The position numbers and the translations under genes were made by a program. A stretch of 64,000 nucleotides of DNA. Origin: Oopsacas minuta (lineage: Eukaryota; Animalia; Porifera). The stretch spans positions 186,001 through 250,000 of the forward strand of contig JAKMXF010000312.1 in the NCBI GenBank assembly GCA_024704765.1, given 5' to 3'. Shown piece by piece: positions 22,202-35,700 of this stretch. Below the pieces are notes generated by a model. That model did no database searches. It worked only from the letters and a program-made list of their open reading frames with translations, and was not told the DNA's origin. Position 1 is the stretch's first letter, and every line of letters begins with the position of its first letter.

Positions 22202-25200
22202 ATGGGTAATAATCCTAGCGGACAAGTGCGAACCGCACGTTCTAGAGAAGATTTGGTGGCTACTCCTCCGGAAATTATTAAATATCAAGACGATTTCTCT
22301 CTCGCCTCAACTTCTAATCCAGAGGCCTCCATTGCTAGTCCAATACAATTTGAGAATTATGAAGGAGTCAAGTTTGATGCGAATGATGTTCCTCTTGAAG
22401 ATTTTGAGCTCGTCACTCATTTTGACGAATTTCTGGTAAGTTAACTACAGTGAAAGTATGTACATTCAGCTCCTGTTATATCGAAGCTGAAGGGACCGTG
22501 AGAATTACTTGAATATGGCCAATGAAATAAATATTACTTTGACGGTTTGGGACCATATTTGTATCATTCATTCTTTGTTATAAGCGGGTATTTGATATAA
22601 CGTGAGTTAATTGTATGCACCGCATTTATTAATATTAACACCTTGTGTGTATAGAATCGTATGAACATTCCAAACAGCCAGAAACAATTAATGATGTCGT
22701 ATCCTAGAGAGAGGAAGCTAACTCTCCTTAATATGGAATGTGGGACTAAATCTACAGATCCCGCTAAATGTCTGAAATATATTCTACTAGTACAGGAAGC
22801 TGATAAGAAGGTAAGCTTATCATGGTAACCCTAGAGCTAGTTTGTTATTCATGCAAGTCATAGTTAAGGGATACCCTCATGCATATATTAATACTTTAGA
22901 ATACTAGCTAATCCAGACGATTCCTCTTTGGCACCTTCCTGAACCGTGACTCTAAATTTGTCCAAAAATGTGAAGCATCTATAGTGCAGTTTGCAAGTCC
23001 AGTAAAACTCATACTTCTATCAACCAAAAATTGTGAACACCTTCTGGACCAGTTTGTGTTCCCTAACGGAGGTTTCACTGTACAATTCCTATTTAGAATA
23101 AGACCAACACTCAGAAAGAGCGTGAATTATTCCTAATATCTGCAATTCTGCATCCATCATTATGTATTGCATTATTCCAGTTTGTGTTAACAATTCGAGT
23201 AATTGTCTAGACCTAATAATTCTATTCTTCTAGAGAGTTAGAAAGAAAGCTAACGACACACGGTTTCTACAAGCTCTACAAGACCTAGAGATATCTCTGC
23301 GCACTAACAACATCCAGTAAGTAATTCCATTAATAACTTATCCACAAGTAATATCCACTGTTATTTTTGATGTAAGCTATTTGTGGATATACCATACAGA
23401 ATATTCATATGCATTTAATTGAGCAATTACATATTCAGAATTTTGTGAAGTGATGTCTTGTTGTCACTATGGCACACAAACCACAAAAATATTAATTATT
23501 GGAAAACGGTATTTTATGGATTTACTTGGACATCACCCCTCTATTCATAACCCCTCTATTTATAACACTTCTATTCATAACACTTCTATTTATAACACTT
23601 CTATTTATAACACATAACACGTAGTATTTATGTGTTTTCTGTGTATCTAGCTGGGTAGAGAATTTCCTGGATCAACACAATGGATTAGAATATTTGATAG
23701 ATTACATTAAATTCAGGATAGACTATGAATTACAAATGTGAGTTAGTTTTATATACAAAGCTTTACTGTGTATTTATGCGATGGACTCTCTTAATACGTC
23801 ACCAGTGACAGTAGAGCAGCGGTTCCCAACCTAGCGTCCATGGTTCACGGAAGACAGCAGCATCACAAAATTTTATGTGCTATAATAGCGAATGAGAGTC
23901 TAGTTATATTTTAGTGCTATATGGTGTTTTTAACGGAACCAATAAAATTAGTATTGCTCTATCGACCAAAAATGAAAATTCAGATTTTGGCTGGATATGA
24001 TGCAGTAGATACCGGATATTAGCACCATCCTCTGTAATACGGTTCTCAGATATTCCTGTATACTCATGCCGGTTATAAGAATATGTATAGCTACCAGTAT
24101 ACTCTGTACTAAATATATATGTCCACCAAATCGTGACGTCTCGTTAATAACATGCCAACGCTAACATCCCCTACACAAACTATCTACAAACAAATGTATA
24201 CACAAGTTCCGTATTTGCTATCCGATAGTTTGATGTCTTCAGATCTCACAGACATCTTATGAACTTCTAATACAAATTTATTTGATATAGTTTGCTTCAT
24301 TTATTGGATTCTCTATCAATCTTGTATGTTTACTCATTGTACGATTTTATCACTTCCACATGTCTTGTTTTCTTCTATGTTTGCTGTTAAAGTTTGTTTA
24401 CAAATCTATTTGAGTAATCCTCAGCCGAGAGACCCTCAGGGGTCGAATTATGTCCCTATATTGCCCCTCTGTTTACACAATATGAACTGAACATATTTAA
24501 TGCAAACGACAATCTACTAAATTCCTTTATTAATATTAAGCTATTATTAACAATTGGAATCTTTATTTGTTTATTAATAACTTAGCAGTAAATAAGACTG
24601 TTTGTGTACTTTTGATATTTACTGCAGTTTTGCCCTAAAATTTCTGATTTAGCTTTCCATGAATAAACGCGGGAAGGCTGTGATATGTCCTCGTGGCTAT
24701 TATTGTAACACAAACCTTGCTGTTCCCAAAAACAAAACGTGGTAATTGGAAAATTGTATGTATTAATGTAAGCAGAGTAAATAATTAAGTAAACAAGAAT
24801 ATTATAATATTTATAATTGAATTAAGTCACCTTAACTGTTTACAATATTGGTGTCACATGTATATTTAATAGCCATTATCTGTTAGGACATATTTCTATT
24901 CAGTTTGTATTGAGAATAGAGTAGTAATGTATTGTGACGTATAGAGTAGGCTCAATACACAATGCTTAGTATATATACATGTGTTTGTTGTTCAATTGAT
25001 AGTTCACCTACAGATTGAAATAATATTTTGAGTAATATATTGTATAATGGACATGTGTTACTTGTACGAATGCTTTTTCTGGATTGTTGTTATTTACAAT
25101 TTGGAATATTGGATCAGATATTTTTATTTTATGAAATGTTGGGAGATAATCCATATATGGTTTGTTGTTTGTTATTTGTTTGTTTGTGTAAATATATACA

Positions 25201-28200
25201 ATAGCTTGTTAAGTTTATTTGTAAATATATTGCGAATTACAATTTGTATTGGAAAATTATCCAAATAATATTGCAGAAAAGTTCAGAAAACTGTTTCTCA
25301 ATATTTAAGTTGTTTGCCTTTCTTCTTCACAAAACATACAAATCCTAGCAATTCATAATACTTGGAATTACTTTACTGTTACTTAATTGACAGATTTTTA
25401 TAACAAAAGAATCAATTTGTAATGTTAACACCTTTTAATATATGTATTCATATTTGTAATAATAGGAAACTGAAAACTGAGACAAGAAAGCTGAGCTCGA
25501 CAATACATCCTCCTGCCACTTCATCTCTCAGAACTATTCGTGATAGATCGATCAAGAGTTCCCCGCACGTCAATGATCTTCATATTTGTTTGCTCTGCCT
25601 CAAAGCTATTATGAATAACACTGTAAGTTAATTGTGTCGTGTGCCACAAAGTCGACAATTCTACCCTTCAATTACTCCAGAACTATAAGTTTGTATAAAT
25701 ATATTCATAAGGTAAACTTCCCGAAAAAACACTTTTGGACACATTGGACGAGCCAGTAGCCCTTCGTTAAAACTCTTAGCAGTTCCATAGGTGCTAGAAA
25801 TGGCGACACCTCGAATATTTTCTGTTTCCCCAGGATTACTCAGGGGGTTATTCAACTGAAATACAGTTAAAGAGAGAGTTAGTCTAATTCTTAAACATTG
25901 CATATAGCATGAGGTTATGAATCATATCTAGACTATACCTCAAATATTGTAATCAATACAAGCTGGTTACTGACTAACTCTTATCAAACTCCTGATAATA
26001 TTGTTCAATATACATATGATAAAATATTTTGACTTGCAAACTGTAGTCGAGTCTATGAATTTCTTGATACACACCTACATAGCTTGTTTTAGGAGAAACA
26101 AGACAGAGATATCTAATATACTCCTTAGGTTTAGCCATATGTCAATCCCTACATAGTTTGCAACATGTTATTAGTACAAAACTAATTTGATTATTTATTG
26201 AATTAACTGGTTGGATACAATAACTACGCAATGTTATGTAATAACAAATTATTAATTTACAGACAGGACTACAAGCTATCCTAGGACACAGGGAATGTCT
26301 TACTCATATGACAAGAGTTATGCTCGTATCTCAGCTGAGGTTAGTGATAGCAATTAATAATAATACAGCCTACTAGTTGAGATAAAAACGCAATGGAATG
26401 TTGTTCTTTGGGGGGACAGTTTTGGTAATCCATACCATTTATCCCCGTCGATATTATCTAATGTTACTATTTTTAGAACAAGCACGCTTATCTTAGACAT
26501 TCTATCAGCTGTGTGTCATATTGAGGATCTTAACGGACACCAGAAAGTTATAGAAGCTGTAGACTCATTTTCACAGTCTAAAGGAGAAGCTCACAGATTC
26601 CAAACCCTCGTGTATCATTTCTATGATAATTCATGTCCTATCGAATTTAGAGTAAGTAATGAGGTGTTGTAGCTTGGAAGAGGTGTCTACTGTATTTACT
26701 CATTTTAGATCTGTTTATTATTGTTTGTTTGTTGTTTGTTGTTTAGATATCATGTTTGGGATTCATTTACTATCTTTGTAACTCTGCTCCTGATGTAAAA
26801 TACCGCGTCAGGTTATATCATGAATTCGCAGAGCTGGGTCTAGACGATTTCTTAGACGTGAGTGAAACATTTCTACTCATCAGCTGTTGATATTACCTCA
26901 GCTGAATATATGTCTGTACATTTGATATTTTGTTAAACTAGGGTCTGGATGAAGAAGAGACTCATGCCAGATTCTTAGAACTCTCAATCGCTTATAGAGA
27001 TAATAATATAGATGTCAAGGAGTTGGTGAGTTAATGTAATTACAGCAGAACAATAGTTATTCAATTGATATTACTCCGGTTAAAGAGGACAGATTTTGGC
27101 TGTCCGTTGGTGTTCGTGTTAACGAGGTTACATTGTTGTTTGTTTTATTGTTTGTTGTTGTTGTTAGCTTGACACCTACAATCTATCTGATGAGATGACT
27201 AGAGAGTTAGAAGATTTGAAATTAAAATCAGAAGAAGCGGAAAAGAAATACACAGCTTGTGAATTTGAATCAATCAAAAAAATAGGTTAGTCATAAGAAA
27301 TATTTACCTGTCCAGTTTAGAGGGACATTAACACCCTAAAAATCATAAAATACCCAATGGCATTACCTAATATTCCATGTCTCAATTCTAACTTTAGTTA
27401 ATATTCCGTCAGCAAACACTTATAATCGTATTAGTCATGAGTAGTATCCTTATCACATTATCTGGGATTATTCATGTGTTTTGAGCACTTTCAATCCCAG
27501 CCTTACCTCGTATCTTTTCTTATAATCTTCATTACTTAATATTTCCAAAGTTCTGTATTAAAATCACCTAAAATTATTAATACCTAACTCTCATTATTTT
27601 GCACATTTTTGTGTAGAATACAGCTATATTCTGTCAATACAAACAAATCATTACAAATTTGCATTTCTAACTTTATGAATCATTTCCTCCAAACCTAATC
27701 TCCTTTATTTATTAATAATCAGACATAGTTATCGCCAATTTCTACCTCTTAACTCTCACTTAACATCTTAACCTCGTGTTTGATTTCTCTAATAATAGAA
27801 CTCTATTGCGTGTATATTACAGTGCCCACATTGGTTAGCAATTTCTACACATAAGATAGCCCCGGGAAATTTGCCTAACAATCTATTGTGTATATATTCT
27901 ACCACACATCTACCCGCTATGTTAATGAAAGCTAAATGTCTCTACAATTCTAATTCAACTCATTGTCTATGAAAGCAGATAATATTTCTAGTCAGTTTAT
28001 GTGGCATTTCCTCATGTGTCGTCGTAGTGATTATATATATGAATATTCATAAATATTAGTCACCATAATTGGGTCAATTTGGCTGGAGCTGGATTGGCTC
28101 GATTACACATATAAGTGGAGGCGATTGTATTAGCCGAATAGTTTGTCAAGTAAGGGCAATTATTGATAGCACCAATCACAAGCTATTATTGATATACAGA

Positions 28201-31200
28201 CTAGCTTGACTGTCCTTTTATCAACCCCGAGGCTCGTCCCAGCGGCTCTTTCACCCCCCATTAACTTCATCTATGTATTCTAGCTAATCTTGAGCGTGAG
28301 TCTCAGCAGCTGACAGACAGGCTGGAGAAAGCAGAGCTGCAGTTAGAAGAGAAGAAGAAAGAAGAATCTATCCTATCCACTAGACTAGAGCAGCAGGCCG
28401 CTAATTATGAAGAGAAGCTTAAGAAGCAATCTACTGAGATTACTGTAAGTGAATTCATAGATATGTCATGCTATCCCAGGATTTTCCAAGGAGTTCCTCT
28501 CGTCTCCTTTGGCCCAATTTTGACCTCTTGTAATATTATTCATTTAACATAATATTTTAGCAATCACTAGCACTTGCCCCTGAAATCAAATCACCCATCA
28601 AGGACACTCCTCCATCTACAAATCAAACAGTAGTCCCTCCTGAACCTGAGAAGAGTATTGTTATACCCTCTCCTCCCCCAGACCTCCCTGAGATACAGTC
28701 CTCTATACCAGCACCTCCTCCTGATATAGGTACTAATCCACACGTTGCTAGGTAACAAATATGTGTTTATTTATTTGTTTATTTTTAGGAGATTTCAGTG
28801 GGAGTTCGAAGTCAAAAGATACTCCTAATTACACACAACCTATCTCGCTATCAGGTGAGAAGAGACGGATACAAACTAACTACAGGCTACCTGTGTTAAA
28901 TTGGTGTACTGTTACAAAGGCACAAGTTGATGGGACTATATTCTCTGAACTAGATGATGAAAAACTTCTTAAGGTTAGTTGTATACATGAGTGATTATTC
29001 ATATTTTAGCACCCTTGGACGGCAGACATAATATATAATCACATACTACATACCATGAATCATAGCACTCTGTTTCCATAGTTACCTCGTTAGTATTCGG
29101 CTACACCCCTTAGCGAGGGAGGCAATTATTAAAGGGTGCTAATAATGAATCAATACGATTATATTTATATGTTTATAGACTTTAGATTTCAGAGAGTTCG
29201 AAGAAACCTTCAAAACAAAAGCTCAACCCAAACAGGAACAAGTCAAGAAAGAGGGTCCCTCCTCCAAAGCCGTTAAGGTGTTACAACGTATAGGGACTCC
29301 TAAAGCTGTCCAACCTCCTGTCTTCCTCGAGACCAACCGCGTCAGGAATATAGGAATAGCTATGAAGAGATTTGGGAAAGATGCGGGGGACATCAGAAAT
29401 GCTATTAATAGAATGGATACCTGTGTATTGAATTCAGAATATGTTGAATTACTAGCTAAACTAGTTCCTAATGAAAATGAAGAGAAAGCTATGGACAAAT
29501 ACAATAAGGAATATTGTGATAAGAATGCTGCCAAACTTGTGAAGACCAAACCTAAATTGCTACAAGAGGAGAAGTTCTTACTTGAGGTGAGATTTGGTAA
29601 TATAACAAACACACAAACAAGAGACCGAACTAACGAACTCAGAACAATCAAATGAATGTACGAATGAACAAATAAACAAAATATATTCACCAACGTATTC
29701 CCCAATTTAGCTCCATTCAGTAGACAGATTGAGTGCTAAACTGGAAGTAATGCTATTTCTTTGTGGATGTGAAGACGAGCTAGAGAGACTACAAACTGTA
29801 AGTATCCTTTTAACTTAATTATCAATATTATAACACCTTGATATATGTATAGCCATAAATCCAGGGCTGAATGGTTAATGGGGTAGTGTTAATTATATGA
29901 TTGTGTCGATAAATGTGTCTACTAGCTAGTAGGATATTGCATAATATATAGTTACGAATATTTGTTCTATTTTTAGCAACTAGATTGTGCTAGCACTGCC
30001 TCACATGCAGTACTATCTTCACAGAGTTTTAAGAAGATAATGGAGTTGGTTCTTGCATTCGGGAATTATATGAATAGCTCAAAGAGGGGAGCAGTGTATG
30101 GATTCAGATTGGAAAGCCTGGATGTGGTTAGTTCTATTATATGCCTATGCGCTCATTAACTAACGATTTGTGTAATTGTTATTGCATTCGGATATGTAAA
30201 CCAAACTTGGTTATTCTTCTAAATAGTTAATATATCGGCTACATATTCAGATTGATGTGGTTCTGCCATTTATGTCGAGAACACTGACTCAGCTATCATA
30301 TATATCATTGGTTATATCGAAGTTATTATCATGGGGCCCTTGAGCTTCGATATAACAGGAGTTGACTAGATAGGATAACAGTTCGTAACTTCCATACTAT
30401 CCTATAGCTCAATTCAACTTTGTCCACTGATAAGAAGCAATCTCTCCTACACTATATAGCTAAGACAGTTAAAGACAGGAATCCAGAGTATACGGGATTT
30501 GTTACTGAGATGAGATATCTACAGAAAGCTAGTCTGGTCATTATGGATAATCTAGATGCTGATATACAGGTTTGTGCCACTTGACACCTCTGTTACAGTA
30601 TTATTGAACAATGGATTATATTCTAACTGTATTTGCTAGGATTTGATGAAACAGTGTGAAAGAGCTGTCAGAGAGTTAGTATATGACAAACAGAATACTG
30701 TATTGAAAAACTTTTTACTAATAAACGAGCCTAAAGTCACTAAACTAAGTGAGGACTACAAATTGGCTAAGGTTTGTTTTATTTATCTGTTACTTAGCAA
30801 GAGTTTATACTTTCAAACTATGCCACTTCACACCAAGCTTGAGTGTTACGAAATTACAAAATTATGTTCCACTGTTTTCTTCAATAATGGCGATAGAATT
30901 CGTGTGAATATTACTACATTTTTATTAGTCATTTTGGTGTCAATTCCCCCTTTTTGGTTCCATATTTAGTTCCAATTCAAATATTCGGTTAACATTGATG
31001 TATTCTATTTTTAGACAACATATCTTAAATGCGGGAAGTATCTAGGAGAGGATTCATCTTGTCTTAAGAGTAACACGATGTTCCAACAGCTGAATAAATT
31101 CAGACTACATTTTGAGGTGAGAAATGAAGTAATATATGTTGTGTGTGCGACTGATAGCGTCCAGGTGGCCCAAAGAGCTGGACAAATATTCATGTAAGAC

Positions 31201-32264
31201 TCCCCCGGCGGTATCCCCCTGTCTCTGGATCTAGGTTCCCTCTGTCGAGATTTTTCCATACTTATTGTGTCATATTGTATAGAGAGTTGAGAAAGAGAAT
31301 GAACACAGGAAAATGTTAGAGAAATCTCAAGAAGAGATAGCTATGAAGAGACAACGACCAAGTATTAGGAAAGCTGAAGAGAAAACTGTGAGTTACAAAC
31401 AAATAACAAACAATATGTTTGTTTACACTTCCCCATTAGATAGGAGATATGCAGCATGATGCAGCTTATGATGGAGCAGTAGATGACATAATACAAAGTA
31501 AGAATTACTTGTTTTAAGGATATTATTTAATTGATTAATTATCGCTGCTAAAATCATAGAGATCAAGAGCGGTCCATATCGTGCAGAGAATATGGTGAGT
31601 AGGAGACGTGACACTCCCAAGAGAAGAAGACAGAGAAGCCAAAGAGCCCTTACCTCTGAACAGTCCTTCTCTGAGGACTTACCCCGATCTGACAGCCTGT
31701 CAGGGATACAATCGTCTAATCGAGCTAGAGGAAGGAGTTGGGGACAACAGGGAGTGATTGTAAATCTAGAAAGTGATAAGAGTATACCTGAACTAACAGA
31801 AGAGTCTACTCAGGGAGAAGTACGAGCTAAGAAGGATGCTATGGGACAACCTATTCATGATTCAGATTCTAGTCAGGATGAATACCCCGGGAAAGGTAAG
31901 TACTGCCAAAGTAACAAATATTTCATAGGTTATATCGGAGTAATTATCACGGTCCCTTCAACTTCGATATAATCGGAATTATTATACACGTCTTTTAGGT
32001 ACCAAGCAAATCTGTGAGAGTAGAGAAGCACAAGATCTTGACAAACCTTCTCTATCCAATAAGAACCCTTCCTTTAATCCGGGAAATGTGTCCCCTACTC
32101 GTGTACTCATGGCTACAGAGGAACACGTGGCTAACAAACCACTTTTTGTGAATGACATAGCTGCCATGTTTGCTAAACCTGTGGCACAAGTGGATGCGTC
32201 AAGTGGTAAGAAAATAGAGTCAGATGATCCATTTCTTAAAAGTAGACCTTGGTTACAGAAATGA
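22202..32264 (+). CDS. FMNL: Formin-like (FMNL class) protein: GBD/FH3, coiled coil, weak FH1, FH2, DAD-like tail; many exons
   Basis: MGNN N-terminus (myristoylation-like); [15 protein letters not shown]; [10 protein letters not shown]; FH2 motifs [59 protein letters not shown]; stop at 32262-32264. Confidence 0.9.
22463..22613 (+). mobile_element. MITE family M1 in formin intron 1
   Basis: ctcctgttatatcgaagctgaagggaccgtg...ttactttgacggtttgggaccatatttgta...aagcgggtattt; TA flanks. Confidence 0.85.
23536..23613. repeat. 15-bp minisatellite, ~5 copies
   Basis: Unit ctatt(c/t)ataac(a/c)c(t/c)t, in a formin intron. Confidence 0.85.
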
Positions 32265-32370
32265 CCATATGGTATGAAGGATATGTAGAGTACACACACA
32301 AGCATTCAGTGAGGATTTGTTCGAGAGAATGGTTAGATTTTATTTATGCATTGTGGTTTGTAAATATTGC

Positions 32371-32372
<2 letters not shown>

Positions 32373-32434
<62 letters not shown>
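32373..32434. repeat. (TTA)n microsatellite, ~20 units
   Basis: Direct reading. Confidence 0.95.
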
Positions 32435-32715
32435 GTACGTATTAAGTCTGTTACTTATTTTCTAATATGATTAAACACAGATCCTCCCTTCTTGATTCAA
32501 GCTAATACAGTGGGAGCCGGTTAATCGAGACACCCCAGGAGTATGGTTCTATCCCAATAAAACAATTCTCGCTAATAACTGATATATTATTATTATTATT
32601 ATTTGTAAGTGAATTTCCCCGTTTATCCACCCATCTACCGATAAAGCAACTCCACTCTAAAGATATGCATGTTACAACCATTACATACACACTTATATAT
32701 TCAGCTAAATTAGTA

Positions 32716-35700
32716 ATGTCTTGTGAAAAGACTTTTCACAAGAGAAAGGAACTGAAGATTATGTTGCGTTATCTATTGACAAAACTGATCATGTGATAGC
32801 GTCAAAAGTAATAACTCTACAGAATACTGATGCAACTGGGTTATTTGATAACAGGGCAGGTTCTGAGTCTAAATCTTCAGAGAAATCGAAAGCGGAACAA
32901 GGAGACACTATCACTCATCCTCTTACCATAACAGAATCTGAAGCAACTGGGCTATTTGATAACAGGGCAGGTTCTGAGTCTAAATCTTCAGATGAATCGA
33001 AAGCGGAACAAGGAGAAGAGAATTTATTACGAGATAAGTTTCTCAGACTAAATCTTGATCAAGAAGAAATAGAGTTATTAATAGAACAGGGGGATAGGTT
33101 TGTCGAGAGACCACCTTTGCTCTTAGCTAGAAGGTTGAACATACATGTAGATAAAGCGAAGTTAATTATTGTAGCTCTTAAAGACTTTAAGAACCAAGAA
33201 CAAGTTAAAAATATATCAAAAGGCGATATTGATAAAATAGAAGAATGTTTGAAAGATCCCGAATTTTCGACTCCAGAAGATATTTCTTTGATTTCTGGGA
33301 TTGATTTACGCATTATTGTTAGATACTTACAAAATAAACCTTTAGATGACAAACAGAAAACTGAAATAAGAGAAAAATACAACACTGGATGCTCTATGAA
33401 TGATATTGTAATGATCTTAGGGCTACCAGAGATAAAGGTGAAGGAATATGTAGAGAGCACACTTCTTTCGTTTACTAGTGAAGATGGTAGGAAATGTTTG
33501 CAAATTATTCAGAGTAACTTCAGTGATTACACTTGTCCAGAAATCGAATTGAGAAGATTGATTACTTCTAACAATCTGAAGTTACAAGATAAATTGTGTT
33601 GTATTCTCCAAATACGAAATACAGAAGAGTATTTAAAGTTAAGACATTATTTTGAGAAATTTGAAGAATCAAAGTCATTTTTCCACATCAATACTGAATT
33701 AACCATGGAGGATATCTCTCTTATAAATCAGTACAGTCTCAGTGACATAGAACATCTCAGTATTAAACTTAATAAAGTAGAGAGTGCAATAAGAGAGTAT
33801 CTAGAACAATATCATCCAAACCAAGTAGTCAATCACAATAACTCACTATTGCAAAATGCATATATTCAACAATTTTTGGCAAATTTTGGAGGAAATCAGC
33901 TAACATTCCATTCATATAGAATGATAATTACAAACTCATTCGAAGAAATGATAAGAAACGCGGAGATTACTGAAAATCAAAACAGATTACAGAAAATCAA
34001 AGTATTTGATGACCTTTTACCACTGGCTTTTTATTACCTTAAGTGTAGTCTCCCTTTCAATGATCTAACACAGATAATTGCTAATGCGAGCAAGATGTTA
34101 CTCACTACACACGATTTATTCCATTTAATATTCCAATTATCAGATCCAGTATTAAAAGGGTTCTGTATTGAACATTACTCATTCAGTAATCCTGTTCCTT
34201 TTTATTACCCAAAACTACAAAAAACTTATCAACAAACACATGCAGAATTTACGATATGCAAAGAGCTATGGTACTCTATGCAACAGTTCAATGGGTTAGT
34301 CTCATTTGGGCTGGGAAGAGCTGGTTGGAATCCAATTGGAAAATCTCATTTACTTGACTTAATTTTTGAGACAGATTTTGTTAAAGGAAATCCTCAAAAC
34401 AGTGCTTTCCATTTCAACTCGATTGATATTCAAATGACTAAGAATTTGTTCGGTGAAAAGAAGGAAAATTCTGGTGCCGAATCTATCAAATGGGCTTATA
34501 TAGATTGTAATGGACATTCTAATAAGAATATTATTAAGATAGTATGTCAATACTTGGATATTGCATTGATTCAAATCACTAATCATGATTATGAAAATAA
34601 TAAGCAACTTCTGAATAACGACATCTACAAATTAACTAATTCTGTTAAACATGTATATTTACTCATCAGAGATTATCCGGGTAATGAAGTGAAGGTCGAA
34701 GTCAAGCAAACAGAACAGAAATCAATCAAAAATATTTTCATTCCCAATTTAACAAAACCTGATACGAATTTTAATTCTGTAATAAAGTCCCTGAAAGGAG
34801 TCGGTTATGATATCTTACATCCTAAATCTGAGACCTCGAAAATGATAGGAAGTGAGTTCATAGAGAATGTAATGAAAGATCTAGATCCTCATAGTTTGAA
34901 AGAAATTGAGTCAGAGAAAGTGCTGATTCAAAATATTACTGACTGTGTTAGTAAGTCAGCAAAATCTAGTAAAGTCGGTTTCTCATTTCTCCAATTCTAT
35001 CCTCTATACGTAGATTACATGAGTTGTTATCACAGAGCAAATTCAGAAACAGAATATCACCAAATTAAAGTGTTGAATAATCAAAGGGGGATACTAGCTT
35101 CGAAACTAAATAAAACGAATATGGGAGATATAGTAAAGTATTTCAATGATATCATCTGTAGAGAAAATTCCTCACTTATCATGTGGAAATTATCACAACA
35201 TTTATCTTTGCTCTCAAAACAGATAAATTTTGATAAAAATAGGATAATTGAGCAGAAAAACGATAAATACACAATAGAAATTCTATGGAGAGAGGCTTTA
35301 CTGTCGTATAAGTATTGTACTACTACAAAGGATTTTCGTGGAGAAAGATATATCGATAGATTTGGATGTAATTATAGCAACCATGTAGAGAGGGGAGAAC
35401 CATTCGAACTAATTGATGGAGACAATCTCCGTTTCTTTAATCAAGACATTGATAACCTATTATCTAGGATGTACCAAAGGCAGTTTGAAAAATTAAAGTC
35501 GATCAATAAAGACCAGAAAATCTCAATGAAGCAAGCCCCGATTGTAGTTAGTATAGTTGGGCCTCAGAGTTCAGGAAAATCTACTCTCTTGAACTACTCC
35601 TTTGGCTGCAAGTTCCTAACTAGTGCGGGAAGATGTACAAGAGGGATATACGCTTCTCTCTCCAAGCTAAGTCACTCTGTGAACCTCATGAACCAGTTAC

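Noticed and set aside
23536-23613. Short direct-repeat array considered as CRISPR-like
   Set aside because: Contiguous 15-bp units with no unique spacers, in a eukaryotic intron; it is a minisatellite.
25661-25903. 80-aa minus-strand ORF inside a formin intron (possible nested gene)
   Set aside because: No recognisable motif, no supporting exons and a non-ATG start; compatible with chance.
32249-32470. ORF with a poly-Ile tract, and similar ORFs at 46439-46717, 59779-59964 and 62735-62941
   Set aside because: Artefacts of (TTA)n or (TTTG)n/(CAAA)n repeats.
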